A stretch of 64,000 nt of DNA from a virus (taxonomy: Duplodnaviria > Caudoviricetes). Location: IMG/VR virus record IMGVR_UViG_3300031853_000025, positions 1-64,000 of that record. One strand, 5' to 3'. Below are positions 58,453 to 64,000 of the stretch, in pieces. Numbering within the stretch: the stretch's first letter is position 1; each line of letters opens with the position of its first letter. A program made the position numbers and the translations under genes. The notes under the pieces were generated by a model, which did no database searches, was not told where the DNA came from, and saw only the letters and a list, made by a program, of their open reading frames with translations.

Positions 58453-58738
58453 TTAGTCAGCAAGCTTTAGCAGGTCTTGTACACCATAGACCATGCGACA
58501 AAGCTTTTCATCGAATTCACGTCCTTTACGATAGAAAACATATGTATCTACGTCGTTCGTCCAAGTGCGGCTATGACATTTGCCGACTTCTCTGAATCCA
58601 TAGAGCCATAACGATGCTGCGTCTTCTTCCATCAATTCTACCGTTACTTCGTCCTTGGTTACAGTTATAGCTACAGTGGAATTGATATTGTCAGTAGCAT
58701 AAACTTAATAAATTAATAAACTTTTCAAAATCTTTCAT
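58453..58738 (-). pseudogene. Early-cassette gene with an apparent +1 frameshift (about 94 aa if repaired)
   Basis: SD-led MKDFEKFINLLSLCY* (58738-58691) joins the frame ..YATDNINSTVAITVTKDEVTVELMEEDAASLW.. on loss of one base. Confidence 0.55.
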
Positions 58739-58796
58739 AATTAAACTTCCTTTCTGGGATCATAGACCCAATGCAAATATTGGTGAGCAAATTACT

Positions 58797-58815
58797 CATT
58801 CACAATTATAATATA
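58797..58815 (-). promoter_or_regulatory. Phage early-type promoter, copy 6
   Basis: TATATTATAATTGTGAATG. Confidence 0.75.
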
Positions 58816-58883
58816 TAATATAAAAAATTTTTCCCTATGTATGATTATACTAGTAAAGAGCTTATTTACAAAAAATAAAATCA

Positions 58884-58910
58884 GGGGAATTGGATTTTAC
58901 TCCAATCCCC
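58884..58910. terminator. Terminator hairpin, same family as 44688-44712
   Basis: GGGGAATTGGATTTTACTCCAATCCCC. Confidence 0.75.
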
Positions 58911-58928
58911 CAAAATTATTTTTACAAA

Positions 58929-59309
58929 TTATTTAAAGAAGGGAATATGATAAACTGTGTATCTCCCCCATACTTCATCGCCTTCAGTAAATTTTTTAAC
59001 TTTCACCCCGTGACGTTTACGCCACTTGGCCGCACGGACTGGATTCTTCACAGAATACACTGCATTGATTACTTCCAGGTTAGACGGAATTCTGACGCTA
59101 TAGTCGTAATCGAAACCATTTGCGAACATGCTGTCTGGCCAGATGTAGCCATTCACATCATCGTCTAATGGCAACAGACTAGTATCGATATCGGCATAGT
59201 ATTCGTGGTTCTTGATGCAATTGTACTTGAAGGCATTCAAGATATTAGTTTCTTTTTTAGTAGTCGGAATCAAGATCATGCCATCATTCTTAGTCATCAG
59301 TTTTTTCAT
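58929..59309 (-). CDS. Early-cassette hypothetical protein (126 aa)
   Basis: SD AAAGGAG, own early promoter and terminator. Confidence 0.75.
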   Translation of the reverse strand: MKKLMTKNDGMILIPTTKKETNILNAFKYNCIKNHEYYADIDTSLLPLDDDVNGYIWPDSMFANGFDYDYSVRIPSNLEVINAVYSVKNPVRAAKWRKRHGVKVKKFTEGDEVWGRYTVYHIPFFK

Positions 59310-59370
59310 TTTAGTTCTCCTTTTCTCTGGTTATATAAACCAGAACCCGTTTTTATGTACACTAATGGTA

Positions 59371-59389
59371 CATTCATAATTATAATATA
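59371..59389 (-). promoter_or_regulatory. Phage early-type promoter, copy 7
   Basis: TATATTATAATTATGAATG. Confidence 0.75.
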
Positions 59390-59421
59390 TTTATATGATA
59401 GTTTTTGAATGATTAAAAATC

Positions 59422-59447
59422 CCCCAATGGAGAATTCTCCATTGGGG
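59422..59447. terminator. Perfect 26-bp palindromic terminator
   Basis: CCCCAATGGAGAATTCTCCATTGGGG. Confidence 0.85.
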
Positions 59448-59458
59448 TGTTAGTTTTA

Positions 59459-62400
59459 TTATAAAGCAGCTAATTGGTCTAGTGATAGACTCATGTGTTG
59501 TTGTTCATAAGACATTCCGTTATTAGAAGAGATCATTTGACTTACACCGTTCATCATAGACTGATTACTTGCTGCCATCATTTGACCAATAGAATTAATT
59601 GCAGAATTAATTGAAGCCTGTTGTTTTTCAACTGCTTCTTTAGACATAGAACCCATATTACCAGTATTAGTAGCAATAGTGGTCAGTAATTGAACTGCAA
59701 TCTTAAGAAGCTCGATTACCCCAGCTTGAGATAAATCTGTATTATTAGTTGCACTTGCATCAGTTTGAGGAGTTGGTAAAACTTGATCTAGAATATTAGA
59801 AATATCTTTATTCCCTCCAGTAACTTTACCGACGATTCCTTGGATAGAACTATTCAAAGCTCCAGAGTTAAATGCAGATTTAAGTGTATCTGAAATAATA
59901 CCTTTACCGTATCTCTTATTAGCAGAGCTAATAGATTTACCCATAGCATTCATAGCTTTATTAGAGGATTTTCCTCCTCTACCAAATCTTAAAGCTAATG
60001 GCCCGTGTTTACCAGCAGCTTCAGCGTTATCATTAGCGCCTTGTTTACCATCTGTTACAACTTGACCGTTGCCTGAACCAGTAGAAATATAACCCCAAAT
60101 ATTACCGAAGAAATCTGAGTGTCTACCATGGCTTACTTTATGACCAGATGTCATATTTGACCAGAAGCCACCTTGACCATCTTCGATTACAGCATGGTCT
60201 GGTTCATCCATGCTACCATCAGTATCAATAATACCAACGTCACCTTCGGCTGCTGGTTGTGAAGCATCTTTCCACATACCAGCTGATTTAGCTTCAGCCA
60301 TTGCTGTTGGTACGTATAGATTAATTGGATTAACTCCAGCATGTTGTAAGTAGTCATTAGCAAAAGCGGTACATCCAGAAGGGCCATACCAATATGGAGG
60401 ATTTACAGAATCTTGTACGTGATCTTTAATCTCTTCAGCCCAAGCCGAAGCTTGCCTAATGCCTTCAGATGTAGCCGTAGAACCTTTCCAAGCACCACCA
60501 GATTTACCACCTTGCTGTTGTTGCTGAGGTGATACTCCGCCTAACATGCTACCGAAAATTTTCGTTGATACATCACTAATTTGTTTAAATGGACCTTCGG
60601 AAGTTATTCCGCCCATAACTTGGTTTAAAGAATTATTCAAGCTGTCAAACGGTTTCATTACAGCATCGAAAATACCATAGCTATTTTGTGGAGCAGAAGC
60701 GCCAGATGATGACATCCCTGAAGAATTGATTGCCCCAGCTGAATAACCTTGTTCTTTCAAATTCTTTAATACAGAAGTTACACCATTAGTATATTCAGAC
60801 AAAGGAGCTTCATAATAACCAGCATCTTTAAGTATTTGAGCAAAAGCCGCAGGATCGCCAGCTTGTGAAGCAGCAGCCAATTCACTACGATGGCCGCCTT
60901 CACCGTCAGCATAAGCGATTGTTTTATTTGCCATAAATTCAGCAGCTTCTTCTAGAGAATTATATGTAGCAAAACCATGCGCACCGCCAGCATTACCGTA
61001 GTTGTAGCCCGGCTTGTGTGTTCCAGGTTTAAAATACTCCCAACCAGACTCTTGAATAATCTGAGCTAGGATAAAATCAGATCTAACACCTGTAATTCCA
61101 GAAACAATTTCAGCATATCTAACTAATTCGCAGTTTTCAGCAGTAGGTGTTTCTTCTGTACCTCTGCCCCATCTCAGTACTCTATTATTATAAGAAGTAT
61201 TTTTATTATTCTTAGAAAAAGACTTAGCCATTGTAGTTTTGCTAAGTACATTAGAAAGTTTATATCTTTGGTTATCATATCTAGATTCAGGATCTTGAAT
61301 AGTTACTGTATCATTTTTAGCATTATAACCAGTAGCGGTTACATAATGAGGATATTCAGCAAATGGATGCTTATTAGATTCACCATTAGGGTCTTCACCA
61401 GATAATACAACTGGATGACCTTTTTGCAGTTCTGTTTTTACATTACCTTCAGCTATATCTTTAGCTGATGCATTATATTTACTAGCATAAGAATTAAAGA
61501 AACGTGGATCGGTTCCTGTATCTTTACCTTTGAAACCGCCGTTTAAAGCATAACTTGAAGCTTGAATTACTGGATCATTAGCACCTGATCCACGACCTAA
61601 TGCTTGAAGTGCATTAACCGCCGCTACAGGACCACACCCAGAATCACCAATAGTTTGTCTAATTGTGTCTCCAGGAACATTAAACCCTACATTAGCGTAT
61701 TGAGTTTGTTTATAATAACCTCTACCAAATAGACCATGTTTACCTTGGCCTTTAGCATCAGAATCTGAACCGGAAGAAGAATCCGATGAGGAACCTGAAT
61801 CAGAAGAAGATTTATCTGAACCATGCTCCTTTTTATAATCTTCAGAGCTTGTTGCAGCTTGGCCGACTGCAACTACAGCACCTATACCGCTGTTGTTGTT
61901 CCATGCGTCAGCTACATTACCTGCTCTAGCACTAACTTCATCTTTAACTTCACCTAAAGTTTGTTTAGCACTTTCATATTTATTTTTTACAAAACTGACT
62001 GCTCTATCTTTAAGATTAGAAGCTGTAGAAGCCACAGATTGATAAGCTTGTTTAAACCAATTCATTCCATTTTCGGCAAGCCATTTAGCATTATTTTTAG
62101 CCCAATTCTTTGCAGCTGTAGCTTTATCACCCACGTATTTGTAGATGTTTTTAGCCGCTTGATTCATCTTAGTTAAAGTATCTTTACCGAAAGAAATTAA
62201 AGTTTCGCCAGTGTCTTTTACAGACTCTAGTAATCCCTTTTCATACATAGCATTGTATTCTTCAACATCTGCTACAGTGTCAGGAGCACCTTTAGGGTGA
62301 GATTCTTTATCTGCATTATAATCATCGACAGCTTCTTGAGCACGAGCTTGTGCTTGAGAAAGATCAAGACCTAAAATAGAAGCTAATGTTTTAAATACCC

Positions 62401-64000
62401 ATTTAACTGGGATAACGCTGAAAAGCAAAGTAGAAATAGCACCAGCTAATACAGAAACATATTTTACATCATCGCCAAGGTCTTCGTTATAAAGTACATC
62501 AGCGTTGTTGTACCATCTTCTCCAACCTTCGTTATAGATATTATCAAAAGCAGATACAAGATTTACTATAGCTACAGGGATAGCTCCGACACCTGTCATA
62601 GCTACACCGATTTGAGCTGCGATTTTAGTCATATATTTAGAACCATTTTTTACAAGACTAGCAATAAATTCGTTAGATAATTTTTGCACCATTGATGCCG
62701 GTAGTTTCTTACTAAGCCCAGGCATTAATGTCTTAACTTTATCAATACCAGCTGTAAGTAAGTTCTTTAAGTAGATTAATGCCTTATCAGACATTCCTTT
62801 GACTTTGCCTTTAGTTTTACTAGCTGCATTAGAAATAGACTCAGTAATTGGAGTGATTTTATTCATAGCTTTAGTCTTAATATCATTCATCTTTTGAGTA
62901 AATTTACTAAAGGCAGATGTTCCTTCAGGTTTAGTATTCCTAGCATCTTCAGCGATAGAACCAGCTTCTTCACTTAAGCTTACATCCGATGTATCTTTCT
63001 TAAAGAAATCAGAAACGCTATATTTAATATCAAGAATCGTATTTAGCGTATCCATGAAATCTCCACTAGAGTTGTCTTGATCACCATCATTAATTGCCTT
63101 ACCATTCTCATCTATTAATTCAAGTTCGCCATCTTCATTTGCAGCATACATCTGGCCTGGTTGAATACCACCAGATGCCTCAGCGGTTTCAGCGGATGAT
63201 TCAGACATAAATGGAAGAACTAACCCAGCAGCTGTAGCGACACCAGATAAGATACTACCCCATTTACCTTTGGAACCAGATTTACCACCAGTTTCCGCAG
63301 CAACAGTAGCTTTAGTTTCAGTAGCAGCAGTACTAGCGTTTTCACTCATCTTTGCTGCTTTATTTTTTTGCTTAGAGCGTTTATTCTTACCTTTACCTTT
63401 TTTACCCTTTTTATTAGATTCAGTTGTCTCAGTATTTTTAGTAGTTGTTTCTTTACCTTTATTGCGATTTTTAAATCTGTCATATAACATACCGCCACCT
63501 TTAGATAATACCATACCAGGTAAACCACCTAGCATTTTATTACCAATAAAAGCACCAGCAACAATCTGTAGTAAACCAGTAGCAAAGTCACCATTTTTAA
63601 AAGAATCAGCGATACTATCGAAGATCATACCGACTGCTTCTTTACCTATTTCGACAATGCCTTTGAATACTTCTTTACCAGCATCAATAATAGCGTCTTT
63701 ATTATCTTTTAAGAATTGAGTAATAATTGGCAATGCTTTAATAATTAATGGCCCAGCAATAGCAGCAAGAGCACCGCCTTTAAGAATAGAGAATAATGCA
63801 CCTGATTTACCCATAAGAGAATCAGCTAAGTTGTGTAAGAATCCTCCTTCTTCTTTCTTTTCTTTCTTACCGCCTAGACCAACAAAACCTTTAAGTTTAT
63901 CACCAATAGAAGCAAACCAACCTTGCTGCTTCTTATCTTCAGCGTCTTTAGCACGTTTCTTATCTGCATTAGCTTCAGAACCTACGAGGACTTTACTACC
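59459..64000 (-). CDS. 3' part of a giant tape-measure-like virion protein with C39-like, GH73 glucosaminidase-like and CHAP/NlpC-like domains (5' end outside the window)
   Basis: Frame stays open from 63814 to 64000. Motifs SGCGPVA..HYVTATGY; ILAQIIQESGWE..YNYGN..GYYEAP..Y; GCTAFAN..HAVI. Confidence 0.8.
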   Translation of the reverse strand, partial: GSKVLVGSEANADKKRAKDAEDKKQQGWFASIGDKLKGFVGLGGKKEKKEEGGFLHNLADSLMGKSGALFSILKGGALAAIAGPLIIKALPIITQFLKDNKDAIIDAGKEVFKGIVEIGKEAVGMIFDSIADSFKNGDFATGLLQIVAGAFIGNKMLGGLPGMVLSKGGGMLYDRFKNRNKGKETTTKNTETTESNKKGKKGKGKNKRSKQKNKAAKMSENASTAATETKATVAAETGGKSGSKGKWGSILSGVATAAGLVLPFMSESSAETAEASGGIQPGQMYAANEDGELELIDENGKAINDGDQDNSSGDFMDTLNTILDIKYSVSDFFKKDTSDVSLSEEAGSIAEDARNTKPEGTSAFSKFTQKMNDIKTKAMNKITPITESISNAASKTKGKVKGMSDKALIYLKNLLTAGIDKVKTLMPGLSKKLPASMVQKLSNEFIASLVKNGSKYMTKIAAQIGVAMTGVGAIPVAIVNLVSAFDNIYNEGWRRWYNNADVLYNEDLGDDVKYVSVLAGAISTLLFSVIPVKWVFKTLASILGLDLSQAQARAQEAVDDYNADKESHPKGAPDTVADVEEYNAMYEKGLLESVKDTGETLISFGKDTLTKMNQAAKNIYKYVGDKATAAKNWAKNNAKWLAENGMNWFKQAYQSVASTASNLKDRAVSFVKNKYESAKQTLGEVKDEVSARAGNVADAWNNNSGIGAVVAVGQAATSSEDYKKEHGSDKSSSDSGSSSDSSSGSDSDAKGQGKHGLFGRGYYKQTQYANVGFNVPGDTIRQTIGDSGCGPVAAVNALQALGRGSGANDPVIQASSYALNGGFKGKDTGTDPRFFNSYASKYNASAKDIAEGNVKTELQKGHPVVLSGEDPNGESNKHPFAEYPHYVTATGYNAKNDTVTIQDPESRYDNQRYKLSNVLSKTTMAKSFSKNNKNTSYNNRVLRWGRGTEETPTAENCELVRYAEIVSGITGVRSDFILAQIIQESGWEYFKPGTHKPGYNYGNAGGAHGFATYNSLEEAAEFMANKTIAYADGEGGHRSELAAASQAGDPAAFAQILKDAGYYEAPLSEYTNGVTSVLKNLKEQGYSAGAINSSGMSSSGASAPQNSYGIFDAVMKPFDSLNNSLNQVMGGITSEGPFKQISDVSTKIFGSMLGGVSPQQQQQGGKSGGAWKGSTATSEGIRQASAWAEEIKDHVQDSVNPPYWYGPSGCTAFANDYLQHAGVNPINLYVPTAMAEAKSAGMWKDASQPAAEGDVGIIDTDGSMDEPDHAVIEDGQGGFWSNMTSGHKVSHGRHSDFFGNIWGYISTGSGNGQVVTDGKQGANDNAEAAGKHGPLALRFGRGGKSSNKAMNAMGKSISSANKRYGKGIISDTLKSAFNSGALNSSIQGIVGKVTGGNKDISNILDQVLPTPQTDASATNNTDLSQAGVIELLKIAVQLLTTIATNTGNMGSMSKEAVEKQQASINSAINSIGQMMAASNQSMMNGVSQMISSNNGMSYEQQHMSLSLDQLAAL

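Noticed and set aside
131-59389. Dispersed repeats as a possible CRISPR array or attachment sites
   Set aside because: Copies are kilobases apart, always oriented toward an SD and gene, and there is no repeat-spacer periodicity.
187-63719. Numerous short ORFs overlapping long genes (e.g. 187-549, 1982-2233, 2307-2624, 6754-7065, 23685-24050, 45989-46321, 63270-63719)
   Set aside because: Antisense or alternate-frame shadows of well-supported genes, with no SD or promoter.
1-64000. tRNA, rRNA or tmRNA genes
   Set aside because: No cloverleaf with a T-loop GTTC and CCA, and no rRNA-like sequence, recognised in the intergenic regions.

Overview
AT-rich, gene-dense segment of a jumbo phage of the AR9/phiKZ-like group, translated with the standard code. 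The group assignment rests on a split multisubunit RNA polymerase beta' C-terminal subunit (9890-11116) and two promoter classes I can read directly: an early TATATTATAWWYRTGAATG-type motif (7 copies) and a late AACA-N6-TA motif (9 exact copies). The host is probably an anaerobe (class III RNR, radical SAM enzymes), possibly a Negativicute judging by endolysin type (inference). Contents in order: (i) a late operon with three radical SAM/SPASM enzymes, two paralogous alpha-helical partner proteins and two full-size proteins ending in a SCIFF-like C-x3-C repeat, one carrying tail-fibre-type Gly-rich domains. This is the best candidate for an undescribed system: phage-encoded thioether-type modification of virion proteins. 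(ii) A large tail-fibre/baseplate region. (iii) An amidase-holin lysis pair. (iv) Single-gene early cassettes with conserved promoter-hairpin-SD leaders, one encoding an NLTPH-family protein and two frameshifted. (v) An early operon with a kinase-like protein. (vi) A nucleotide-metabolism block (RNase H, DHFR, NrdG, NrdD split by three group I introns, ThyA, deaminase, dTMP kinase). (vii) An unexplained GC-rich structured island near 58.05-58.33 kb. (viii) The 3' part of a giant tape-measure-like protein with three cell-wall-hydrolase-type domains. No database searches were run; family names come from motif recognition.
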